From Mobula hypostoma (lineage: Eukaryota), in NCBI RefSeq assembly GCF_963921235.1, contig NC_086097.1, positions 241,616,001-241,680,000 of the forward strand: a stretch of 64,000 bases of DNA. The letters are read 5' to 3'. The translations under genes were made by a program, and so were the position numbers. The notes beneath the pieces were generated by a model. It was not told the origin of the DNA and did not search any database. It was given only the letters and a program-made list of their open reading frames with translations. Shown here piece by piece: positions 37,021-48,953 of this stretch (its first letter is position 1; each line of letters opens with the position of its first letter).

Positions 37021-37436
37021 TACTTACTTTCTGCCCATTACACCGCCGGTATTTAGGGCAGCATTGAAGGTCCTCCATCTCTGGGCTTCCTTCATCGCGT
37101 CAGCAGCTTCTTCTTGGATTTCACTACTGTCAGTCCTACAGGTCCTGGGTGGAGACTCAGGAATACCGTCGCACCCAGATGTAGAAGGATTAATCATCGC
37201 TGTTTCTGTAACAATTCTGTTTGACCAGTCAGGGTTGTTAGCCCTGAGCTGAACCACCGAACCTGGAGGACCGGTGGACCACTCTTAGTCTGGTCTCTAC
37301 CTTTGACCTGTTTGGCATGGGTGACCTTACCAAGAGCCAAAGCATAAAGTCCTGACTCCAGCCAGCAGAGCTCTCCAGCTCACTGAGGCGCGCAAGCCTC
37401 CAAAACCTTTAACAAGGTTGCGGCCCTCTTGGAGGT
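37021..37436 (-). mobile_element. Bipartite non-autonomous RTE-type element (5' region fused to 3' end)
   Basis: 3' part encodes QRWRTFNAALN-type RTE terminus with (TAAG) tail, shared with 42948-43180; 5' part has RTE-like 'gggctaacaaccc'; possible TSD TTCAAT. Confidence 0.55.
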
Positions 37437-37518
37437 AAATTCAATAACAACCGCAAGAGTCTGACCTAATCTGTTTTACTTACTGGTGCAAGCATTGATC
37501 GATGAGCTCCCTCTGGTA

Positions 37519-37890
37519 CTTCTTCTTCTTATCGTGTCCACGGACAGACTATACATGGCCTAGCCAGAAGTGGACCATTTTTGCGCCTTGTTGTTGAATT
37601 TGGCAAGATCTGCAACAGTACAGGGTCCCTCCGGCGATGGGCATTGCAGGAGATGTTGCATAGTCTGTGGCTCAGTTCCACATTCATAAGTTGTCAGGCT
37701 GGTTGTACATCCCCATTTGCTTAGTGACACCTTTGAACGACCTACACCAGTCCTAAGTCTGTTAAGGCACTTCCAGGTTGCCCAGTTGCGATTAGCTCCT
37801 AGGGGGAGGCTTTTATCCGGTGGAATTTCCGTTGTTGGGGGTTGATTGAGACTAGCGAGCCAGTCTTTCCACAAGGCAGTGCGGCTTCAG
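37519..37890 (-). mobile_element. Vingi/Ingi-clade LINE 3' end
   Basis: WKCLNRLRTGVGR...KWG...ECGTEPQTMQHLLQCP zinc-knuckle region; tail GACACGATAAGAAGAAGAAG. Confidence 0.7.
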
Positions 37891-38059
37891 ATGGAGTTGA
37901 TTGTAATCTGCGCTGATCTCAGTTGAAAGTAGTGCATTTATTTCTTATTGTAATGTATGTCTGTGGCTGCACTCAATCAATCATTCAGCAACATTTACAA
38001 GACTTCCATTTGAGGAAAATACACCTGTGTGCAATATTGGTGGAGAAATATTACAATGT

Positions 38060-39350
38060 CATTACTCACGAGGTGATAATGCAGTTCTGTAAAACCCTGG
38101 TTAGACCACACTTGGTGTACAGAGTTTAGTCCATGTCTCTTCATTATAGGAAGGATGTGGAAGCTTTAGAGACTGTGCAGAGGAGACTTACCAGGATGCT
38201 GGAATAATTGAATAAGTTATGACTTTATTCCTTGGAATGTAGAAGATTGAGAGAAGATTTGATAGTGGTGTGCAAAATTGTGAGGGGTTTTAATAGGGTA
38301 AAAACAGGCAGGCTTTATCCACTGAGGTTGGGAGGGACTACAACCGGGGTCATAGTTTAAGGGTGAAAGGTGAAAAGTTTAAGGGGAACATGGCGGGGAA
38401 CTTCTTCACTCAGAGGGTGGTGAGAGTGTGGAATGAGCTGCTAGTGCAGTTGGTACTGGCGAGCTTGACTTCAGCTTTTAAGAGAAGTTTGGATAGGCAC
38501 ATGGATGGTAGAGGTATGAAGGGCTATGATCCAAATGCAGGTCGAGGGAGCAGGCAGTTTAAATGGCTCAGTACTGACTAGATGGGCCAAATGGCCCTTT
38601 CTGTGATGTACTTCTCTATGAATCTATCAGAGAGTGTGTCTTATGAGAATAGGTTGAACGAGCTAGAGTTTTTCTCTGTGGAGAGAAGGCAAATGAGAGT
38701 TGACATGATAGAGATGCACAAGATGATAGGAAGCATAGATTAAGTAGGCAGCCAGAGACATTTTCTCAGGGCAGAAATGGCGAATATGAGGTGGTATAAT
38801 TTTAAGGTGTTCAGAGGGAAGAATAGGGCAGGTGTCAGAGGGAGGTTTTATTTACACAGAGAATGGTGGGTACATGGAGAGGATGCAGAAGAGGTTTAGC
38901 AAGGTGCTGCCTAGTTTAGAGGGCATGTGCTATCATGAGAGGCTGGACAAACTTGCATTGTTTTCTCTGGGGTGGCGTGGGCTGAGGGAAGATCTGACAG
39001 ATTATGAGGAGCATCGATAGAGTGGACAGGGAGTATCTTTCTCCCAGGGCAGAAATCTAATAGCAGAGGGCTTGCATTGAAGGTGGGAGGAGGTAGATTC
39101 AAAAGGCTTGTGATGGATAAGTTCTTTTTAACTCAGTGGTGGATGCCTGAAATGCACTGCCTGGTATGGCGGTAGAGGCATATATATTAGTGGCTATTAA
39201 GAGACTTTTAGATAGGTATGTGAATATGAGGAAGATGGGGGGGATATGGACGTTGTGTTGGTAGGTGGGATTACTTCTGTATTTTTTTTTAATTTTTTAG
39301 CTGGCTCGGCACAACATTGTGGGCTGAATGGCCTGTTCCAGTGCTGTGCA
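38060..39350 (+). mobile_element. Cluster of nested degenerate CR1 3' fragments
   Basis: At least three repeats of the ERVQRRF...FFTQRVV motif block. Confidence 0.75.
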
Positions 39351-39923
39351 ATATATTGTCTATAAAGTCACATGACTACTAGCTCTTCAGAAAATCTTTG
39401 CTCCCACTTCTGCAATTTAATCACGAGCTAGGAACGTTTGACAAGAAAGTGATTCTATTTTTCTTACAGTTTAGTTCATGCAAATTTCCCAAACGCTATT
39501 CTTCCAACTTAGTTTTTGAAATAGTTTGGGTCATTCACTTGGAGGTACACAGGAGAAGCCAAAGGCAATGCCTTTCATCCTTTCCTATTCTGTTTGGTGC
39601 TTAGCAGTGCTGGTCTCTCCTTTGTTCCCTTTGCAATGGCACTTTTGAGACCTAAAGCTCTACAAGTTGTTACATTCAGCTGGATTCACACATCAGCTTA
39701 ATTAATTAACATAGATCATTCTGTCTTGTATGGCAAGCGCTCTGCATGAGACCGCAAGAAACTGCAAAGAGTTATGGACATGGACCAAAGGTTCATTTTA
39801 GTATCAAAGTACGTACGCAGAATACAACTCTGAGATTAGTCTTCTCCAGATAGTCATGAAAAACAGAAAAACTATGGAGGTCGTTGAATGGAAAGACATC
39901 AACACCCCCGCCCGCCCCCCCCC

Positions 39924-39924
<1 letters not shown>

Positions 39925-39961
<37 letters not shown>
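39925..39961. repeat. (CA)n microsatellite
   Basis: Direct inspection. Confidence 0.95.
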
Positions 39962-39963
<2 letters not shown>

Positions 39964-42947
39964 TACACAAAAAGAGAAAGAAACAACAATCCACAAAACC
40001 CCCACCCCCTCCCTCGTACAAAAACCAACAGATCACCCAGCCAGAAAACTGCAGCTAGGACATCAAACCCCCAAATACCCAACCCCCTCCTTCACAAAAA
40101 AACTAATATATTGCCCACAAGTAAAAAAAAACAATAATAACATCAAACCCCAACTCCCCTTTTCACAACCAAAAACCTAACTGATCCCCCACACAGAAAA
40201 AGACCAACAAGAACATTAGACCCCAAACCCCCAAACCCCCCCCGCACAAAAACTAACATATCGTCAACAAGGACATCAAACCCCCAAACCACCAATTGGC
40301 ACCAAGAAAGGAAACACAGAAGAGTAGAGGAGACCAATATAAACTACAGTCCACACTAATAAAGACATATGTCTCAAAATCTCAGAATTTCGAAAACACC
40401 CTGTGTCAGCATCAAGGAGACCAAGCACTCAAATTCAGTCCCTCTGTGGAGAGTGGCCGCTGATCCGCCGACCCACGGCCTCCATGGAAAGCCACTGACT
40501 CAGCCTCCTCCGCATTCACCTTGATGTTTCAATCTTCCTCAAAGCTTTGACCAGCGAGGAATGAAGTCGATCACGTCCCCAAGCCCCATCTCTCTGGTCT
40601 CCTCCTGGAGGTGGCTCATACTAGCGGCCCTCTCCTGGAATTTTGTTGGGCGCAGCAGAGCACTCGAACTCCGAAACTCCAAACTGTAAACCACAGGCAC
40701 CAACAGTTTCCGAGACACAACTACGAAAAAAAGAACAAGTAGGGGACGTAGAAAAAGTGATATAATTGACTATCTGGAAGATTTCACCCAAGATATCGTT
40801 GTTTGCTGGCACCATCTTGACCAGAAGATCAGCATATCACAAAAAGCAACCTCCCCTCTTTGGGATTTATCTATACTTCTTGCTGCCTCTGTAAAGCTAT
40901 CAGCTTAAAGACTTCATCCACACTAGACATTTTCTCATCTCCTCTCTCCCATTGTGCAGAAAATAAAAAAGCCTCAAAGCACATACTGCCAAGCTCAAGG
41001 ACAGCCTCTATCCCACTTTATCATACACCTGAATGGAGCTCTTGTACGATAGGATGGTCTCACAATCAGTTGTTTACCTACATTGCACTCTTGTTAGCTG
41101 TTACATTTTATTTTGCATTGATATTGTTTTACCTTATGCACTGTGTAATGATTTGATCTGTATAAACAGTCTGCAAGACAAGGTTTTCACTCTATTTTGG
41201 TACATGTTACTACCCCTCAACCATCAGAGTCTTGAAGAAGGGGATAACTACACTACCCATCCATTGAGATGTTCCCACAACCAATGATTTCAACTTAAGG
41301 ACTCTTCATCTCATGTTCTCATTATTTATTTATATTTGCACTTGCACAGTTTTTTTTATCTTTTGCACTCTGGTTGATCCTATTATAGTTACTATTCTAT
41401 AGATTTACCAAGATGCCCACAGGAAAATGAATCTCAGGGTTATATGTGGTGACATACATGTACTCTGATAATAAAGTTTACTTTGACATGTGACAATAAT
41501 AAACCAACACCATTAAGAATTTTTATCAGGCATGTAGAGGCCCCTCATAGAAAGTCAATTTCACAAATATGCCAGAGCAAACAAAGATACTTTTCTCTCC
41601 CTCCCTGCCTCGCACACACACACACACAGAGTCACTCCCTCAGTAACTAATACAGTATCATTTTGCCAGACCGGAGCTAATTTTGCAAGTCGTCCTTAAG
41701 TGGAGCAGTTTGCTCTAACTTCCTTGTTCCTTGCACCTTACAGTCTGGCCAGAATCCTTGGGTTTTGCGGCAGGAAATGTCTCAATATTTCAAAACACAG
41801 TTTTACGCCACCTCAAAAACTGACGATGGAGCAGCCACTGGGCTGAAGAGGGCTTGCTCACCATGCCAAGTCTATGCATCACATGCCCAAGTGTGCCAAA
41901 ACCCAGTAGGAAGCAGGAAAAAAAAATGCAGTGTTTTGTTCAGTGTGGAGGCACGGATTGAGAAACCCAAAGTCACTCAGGCTGGTCTCCGTCCCAGCAC
42001 TGGCACAGACACGGTTAAACACACGCCGGAGATAAACAACGTTGCTTGGTCTAGACGAGGTTCTGGAATCCATTACGATCAACGTTCCGAGGGTGCATCC
42101 GGCCTCATTTCAGGAAGGTGCACAAACTGACTGGCAGTGACCTATCACAGATGGATCCAACTGCCCTATCACTCAGCCAATTAAAAAAAGAAACAGCACC
42201 AAATGTTACTCGGGCTTGTGGGCAGGGTTGAGGGACCACACACCACATGTTGTGAATGTTTTATTGTGCCCTCTCCCCTAATTGAGCGAATTACTTCAGA
42301 ATTAGGAAAACAAGTTCAGATTTTGTTAAATCAATCTGTAATTACCTTGTGAATAGGATCTGATTGGGGGCAAAGGGTGATAGTGTTTCAGTTCTCCCCA
42401 GAGAATTCACCCACATCGGAAAAAGAGAGAGCAATATCTTATATGCTGCGTGGATTTGGTTAGTCATGTATAACTGATGAGAGAATGCAAGGTTTGTTCT
42501 TCCCCCGACAGCAATTACAACTTCAACATTACCTCCTCTGTGTCTCACTGCTTTGAGTTTTGTTCGTTCCAAATTCACCTGCAACCAAATTTCTTTGTAA
42601 GAAAAGAAAGGGTGAGAGGAAGGCAAAATTTTCAAAATCCTCTTCAGAAAATCTGACTGCTACTCCAATTTGTTATTATGACTTTCGGTGTTATTTTTGA
42701 ATACAAAAAGAATTTGCTTAGATGATTTATTACTTGTAGCCTACGATGTATTCTTTGAGTAGTGTCGTGGTTAGTGCGATGCTATTTATCAGAACTCAGA
42801 GTTCAGTTTGGGCGTCTTCTGTAAGAAAGTTTGCGCGTTCTTCCTGTGAGTGCCTGGGTTCTCTCCTGGTGCTCCGTGTTTCTACCACAGAACAAAGACG
42901 TAGCAGTTAGTCGCTTAATTAGTCATTGTAAATTGTCCTGTGATAAT

Positions 42948-43180
42948 TTACTTGTTACTGCCTGTTACACCGCTGGCGTTTAGGGCAGCAATGAAGGTCC
43001 TCCATCTCCTTTCTCCTTGGCCATCTTCTCTAGCGTGCCTCAGGTGTGATTCAGGGTCCTCATTTCTGCCTCTACGATACAGCACCAAGTTGCCTTTGGT
43101 CTCCTGCGTTTCTTCCGCCCTTCAGGGGTCCAGTGAAGGGCTGCCCTGATGATGAAGTTGACCCCTCTTCTCGTCACATG
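42948..43180 (-). mobile_element. RTE-clade LINE 3' fragment
   Basis: Reverse strand encodes ...AALHWTPEGRKKRRRPKATW...EAEMRTLNHT. Confidence 0.7.
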
Positions 43181-45149
43181 CCTGTGATTAGGCAAGGGTT
43201 AAATCGGTGGGTTACCTGCTCTGCACGGAATCTCTAGAGTGAAATAAAAATAAATTTTGATTGTCTATGCTAAGGTTATACAAAATAATCAGAATCAAGT
43301 TTATTATCATTGGCATGTGCCGTGCTATTGGTTAACTTTACGGCACTACAATACATGATAATAGAGAGAGTAAAGAAAATTGAATTGTAATCAGTATATA
43401 TACAGTATATTAAATGGTTAAATTAAATGAGTAGTGTAAAAAGAGGGGAAAAAAGTAGTGGGCAGTGTTCATGGGTTCCAATGTCCACTCAGAAATCAGA
43501 TGGCAGAGGGGAAGAAGCTGTTCCCATGTGTCTTCAGACTTCTGTACCTCCTTCTCAATGTTGTGTGTTCGTCCATCGTTGACATTGATGAGGACCTCGA
43601 CACCATTATGATGGTGTCGAGACTAGCGCATGATTTGGATTTAAGTGGGAGAGTTGCGCAGCGTCAGCCTCACTCTCTCTTCCCAATTCCCATCTGGATC
43701 CAGTGGCAAGATGGAGTCGAGACGGCTGGAGGTGGGACTAGGCGCGGTGGATGACCAGGACGTCTTCTGTGTCTTGTCCTGCTCTACACGTTCCACGACG
43801 CTTGCAGAGACCGCCTTCTTGACCGTTGGACCTTCCATTGGTCTCGTCCGCTCAATCCGCCGGTAGCAAGGAGAACAAGACATGACCCGGGTGATGGGGG
43901 TCCCTAATGATGGACGCTGCCTTTCTGAGGCATCGCTCCTTGAAGATGTCCTAGGTACTACGGAGGTTGGTGCCCATGATGGAGCTGACTACTCGCTGCA
44001 GTTGACTTTGATCCTGTGCTGTAGCTACCCCCCACCCCATACCAGGCGGTGATGCAGTCTGTTAGAATGCTATCCATATTACATCTGTAGAAGCCAAGAG
44101 ATTTGCAATACGCAATGGCGAAAAAAACTGAATTACAGTAAATATATATATTAAATAGTTAAATTAAATCAGGAGTGCAAAAATAAAAAATTAAAAATGC
44201 AGTCAGGTACTGTTCATGGCTTCAATGTCCATTCAGAAATCAGATGGCAGAGGGGAAGAAGCTGTTCCTGAATCTTAAGCATGTGTCCTCAGGCTCCCAT
44301 ACCTCCCTCCTGATGGTAGCAATATAACTTCCATACACTACAACTAGAGTAGTGGAATTAGTTATAGATTAACTTTTCTGCTTATTAATTGTCAATGTCG
44401 CAGTATAGATATTGTGAAAGCCTTCAGGGACAGCATGTAAACATCATGAAGAATAATGATTTATAGAAACTGCTTAAACAACAAGGTGAGGAAAGCCAGT
44501 GTACTTGCTGTGAGCCCATTTGAAGCAATGCAGCACACCAGTCATCTCAGAGACAATTACGAAAAATTAGATCATCTTGTCAGGATGGTTGAGAATAATT
44601 AAGACTTAAAGCAACAATGTCCTTCCTGCTCACAATACCCCCTCCCCCTTCCCCATGATCACCTGATAGAGATATGTTCACAATCAGCTCTTTAAGCACT
44701 GAATTCCCTCTGCAGCATTTAAAATGGACACCTGTTTTCAATTAGATAACATCTGGAGGAATAATTTCTCCTCAATTTTGATACCAAATAATTTCAGGAA
44801 AAAATAATAGCTGGGGCTGGGAACCTTAGAACTTATTCATACTGAGGCTTTGCTTACAAGCTGAGAAAAATGCCTGAAACATTTCAAAAAGGTTTCTCCA
44901 CACAAAGAATTTATCTTAGCTTTTTTTTAAAGCAAAGTGTATTCTCATGATATTAGAAACAGATCTTATACTGAGTGGCTGCTCCACACAGTCAAAGTCA
45001 TTTCCCCAATTTGCTAGTTTGTCTATAAAATTGGAAAGCCCTTGTAACTGCCGGATTGAATCATCCTTTGTATGAAACAGGGGCCGAGAAGGGCTTTAGC
45101 TTCACTAGAGTAAACTATTGCAAAGCTGTTCACTGAACAAGAGATTAGA

Positions 45150-45660
45150 AACAAGACCTTAGGATTATAGGAGCATAATGAGGCCATTCAGCCCATCCAG
45201 TCTGTTCTGCCATTCAATCATGTCTGATATCATCCCTCTCAACCCCATTCTCCTGCCTTCTCCCCATAACATTTGACACCCTTACTAATCAAGAACCTAT
45301 CAACCTTCATTTTAAATATGCCCAGTGACTGGGTTTCCATAGCCGTCTGTGACAGTGAATTCCACAGATACACCATCCTCTGGCTAAAGAAATTCCTCCT
45401 CATTTCTGTTCTAGAGGACATCCTTGTATTCTGAGGCCCTCTGGTCCAAGACTTCCTCCACTATTGGAAGCATCCTCTCCATGTCCACGCCATCCAGGCC
45501 TTTCAATATTTGATAGATTTCAATGAGATACTCCCTCATTTTACTAAAATTCCAGTGAGTACAGGACCAGAGCCATCAAATACTTCTCATACATTAACCC
45601 TTTCATTCCCTGGATCATTCTCATGGACATTTCTGACCCTCTCCAATGCTAACACACTTT
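45150..45660 (-). mobile_element. Degenerate CR1 3' fragment
   Basis: RTEMRRNFFSQRMVYLWNSL motif. Confidence 0.8.
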
Positions 45661-46513
45661 CTGAAAACAAACTACAGTACAGTACTGTACGAAAGTCTTA
45701 GGCACATAACCATGAGAAATTCTGCACATGCTGGAAATCCAAAGCAACACGCACAAAATGCTGGCATAACTCAGCAGGTCAAGCAGCATCAATGGGAATG
45801 AATAAGCAGTTAACATTTTGGGGCAAGACCCTTCTTCAGGATTCAAAGATTCAAAACTACATTTTTTATCGAAGTATGTATGCAGTATACAACCCTGAGA
45901 TTTTGTCTTTCCCACAGAAAATCAACGAAACACCGTGGAACCCGTTCAAAGAAAACATCAAACACCTAACAGGCAAAAAAAAAAAGAACAAATCACATAA
46001 ATGGCAAAAAAAATCAGCAAAAAACACAATATAAAAAATCAAACCACTGGGTCATTGAAACAGCCCAGGAATGTTTAGTTCTGTTCATTTTACCACTGTG
46101 GCATTCATTGACAGCGCCTTATCAAATGTCTTCTGAAAATCCATGTAAGTGACATCCACTGCCCCCCACCCCGCTTTGTTCTCTCTGCTCATTTCTTCGT
46201 CGAAGAACTTGAATAGATTTGTCAGGCAAGATTTCCTTTGACAGAAGCCATGCTGGCGTTGACTTATTTTATCAATAGTCCCCAGGTATCTCAAAACCAC
46301 ATCCTTAATAATACTCCTACACTTTCTCAACTACTGAGATTAGCTAAATATATATGTGCCTAAGATTTTTGCACAATACTGTGTTTCATTCAAGTAAAAC
46401 AATCTACAGATGTGGAATAGTGTGGAAAATTTTGAGTTATCCTGATTAGAAACTTAAGCATTGAAATGTCTGTACTTTATGGTAGCTTGTTTGTAAACCA
46501 GGTAGTATAATAG

Positions 46514-46800
46514 TAGGCATCCGTTCGTCTCATGAGACCATAGATTTGCACCTTGGAAGGTTTCCAGGGCATAGGCCTGGGCAAGGTTGTATGGAAGACT
46601 GGCAGTTGCCCATGCTGCAAGTCTCCCCTCTCCACGCCACCGATGTTGTCCAAGGGAAGGGCATTAGGACCCATACAGCTTGGCACCGGTGTCATCGCAG
46701 AGCAATGTGTGATTAAGTGCCTTGCTCAAGGACACACAGGCTGCCTCAGCCAAGGCTCGAACTAGCGAACTTCAGATCACTAGACCGATGCCTTAGCCAC
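46514..46800 (-). mobile_element. tRNA-derived SINE (copy of 25432-25728)
   Basis: Reverse-complement similarity over its length. Confidence 0.75.
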
Positions 46801-48452
46801 TGTAAGCATACTTCATATCCAACTTCTTGTACGAAGAAATAGAGTTTTGGTTCACAATCTACCTCATTATGATCTTGTACTTATTGTTTACCGTTCTCAC
46901 TTTTTGGGTAGAATTATACTTTACTCTGCATTCTTATTGTTTTACCTTGTTCTAGCACAATGCAACACAAGCTTTTCACTGTATCTTGGTACATGTGACA
47001 ATAATAAACCAACACCAATTGACAGGGCACCTTCAGAGAGAGAGAATAAAAACATTATTATCCTGTTCTATTGGCATTTGTTGTTTCTGAGCAACGCAAG
47101 TTGCTATAGAGTTCTCTGTAGTGGATATGGAGTAGTCTGTCACAGGTGAAGCCCTTCCCACTATTGAACACATCCACACGAAACATTGTCGCAGGAAATC
47201 AGCTTCCAACATCAAAGACCCCAACCAGACAGGTCATGCTCTCTTCTCACTGCTGCCATCAGGAGATGCAGGATCCACACCACCAGGTTCAGGAACAGTG
47301 ACACCCCCTCAGTCATCAGGCTCTTGAACCAAAGGGAATAATTTCACTTGCCCCATCACTGAAGTGTTCCCTCTGCCTATGGACTCACTTTCAAGGTCTC
47401 TTCATCTCGTGTTCTCGAAATTTATTGCTTATTATTTATTTGTTTGTTTGTTTATTTATTTGCACAGTTTGTTGTCTTTTGTACACTGGTTGAACACCCA
47501 AGTTTATGCAGTATTTCCCTGATCCTATTATGATTATTATTCTATTTTGGATTTTCTGAGTATGCCTGCAAGAAAATGAATCTCAAGATTGTATATGGTG
47601 ATATATACGTACACTGATAATAAATTTATTTTGTACTTTTAAACTTTGATGAAAAGCACAATGCACAGCTATGGAGTTGGCTACCACTAGAAACAGAAAC
47701 ATTGCCGACATATTTTGTGAAATTTGCTGTTTTGTGGCAGTAGTGCAGGACAACATATAAAAAAATTAATATGTTCCAATTAAAAAATAAACAGATAAAT
47801 TATGCAAAAGAGGTAGTGTTCATGGGTTCATGGACCATTCAAAATCTGATGGCAGCGAGGTGGAAGCTTTTCCTAAAACACTGTGTGTGGGTCTTCAGGT
47901 TCCTGTACCTCCTCTCTGATGGTGGCAATGAGGAGAGGGTCTTTAATCCATCATTAAAGACCTTCTTGAGGTACTGCCTTTTGAAGATATTCTCAATGTC
48001 ATAGAGCCTACCTTCTCTCTAACACCATGATATCCAACTTTCACCTTTAACCTCACACATCTTTGCTCTTACCTTCACTCTTCTATTGCTAAACTTATTA
48101 GATATGCATTTATTACTACCACAAGTTAATTATTCTGTTTAGGTTGTCGAGGTTAGCGCAGTCGTATTATAGCTCCAGAGATCACAGATCAATTCCCATC
48201 ACTGTCCGTAAGGTGTCTCCTCATGATTGCATGGGTTTCCTCTGGGTGCCCTGGTTTCCTCCCACATTCCAAAGACGTACGGTTAAGGTTAGTGAGCTGT
48301 GGCCACACTACATTGGTGCTGGATGCATGGCAACACTCACAGGCTGACCCCAGCACGTTGAAAATGACGGCACAGAGTTAATGATATAGATTAACACATA
48401 CAAAATCCTGGAGGAAATCAGCAAGTCAGGCAGCACCTATGGAAAGGAATAG

Positions 48453-48905
48453 ACCATAAGACCATAAGATTTTGGAGAAGAATTAAGCCATTTGGCCCAT
48501 TGACTCTGCTCTGTCATTTCATCATGGCTGATTCATGTTCCTTCTCATCCCCAATCTCCCGCTATCTTCCCATATCTCTCATTGCCCTGATCAATCAAGG
48601 ATCTATCATACTTTGCCTCAAATATACCCAAAGACTTAGCCTCCATAGCTGCCTGTGGCAATGAATTCCACGTATTCACCACCCTCTGGTGAAAGAAATT
48701 CCTCTTCACTTCTGTTCTAAAAGGACGTCCCTCTATTCTGTGGCTTTGTCCTTTGGTCTTAGACTTCCGCATCGTAGGGAACAGCCTCTCCACATCCAGT
48801 CTATCGAGGCCTTTCACTATTCAAAAGGTCTCAATGACATCACCCTTCATTCTTCTGAGTTCCAGTGAGTAGAGGCCCAGAGTCATCAAAACCTCCTCAT
48901 ATGAC
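48453..48905 (-). mobile_element. CR1 3' fragment nested in a Penelope terminal repeat
   Basis: Tail 'accataagaccataag'; ORF KGLDRLDVERLF...NFFHQRVVNTWNSLP. Confidence 0.85.
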
Positions 48906-48953
48906 GAACCTAAGTTGACAGTACAGCCTGAAATCCTTCATCAGGACTGTGAG

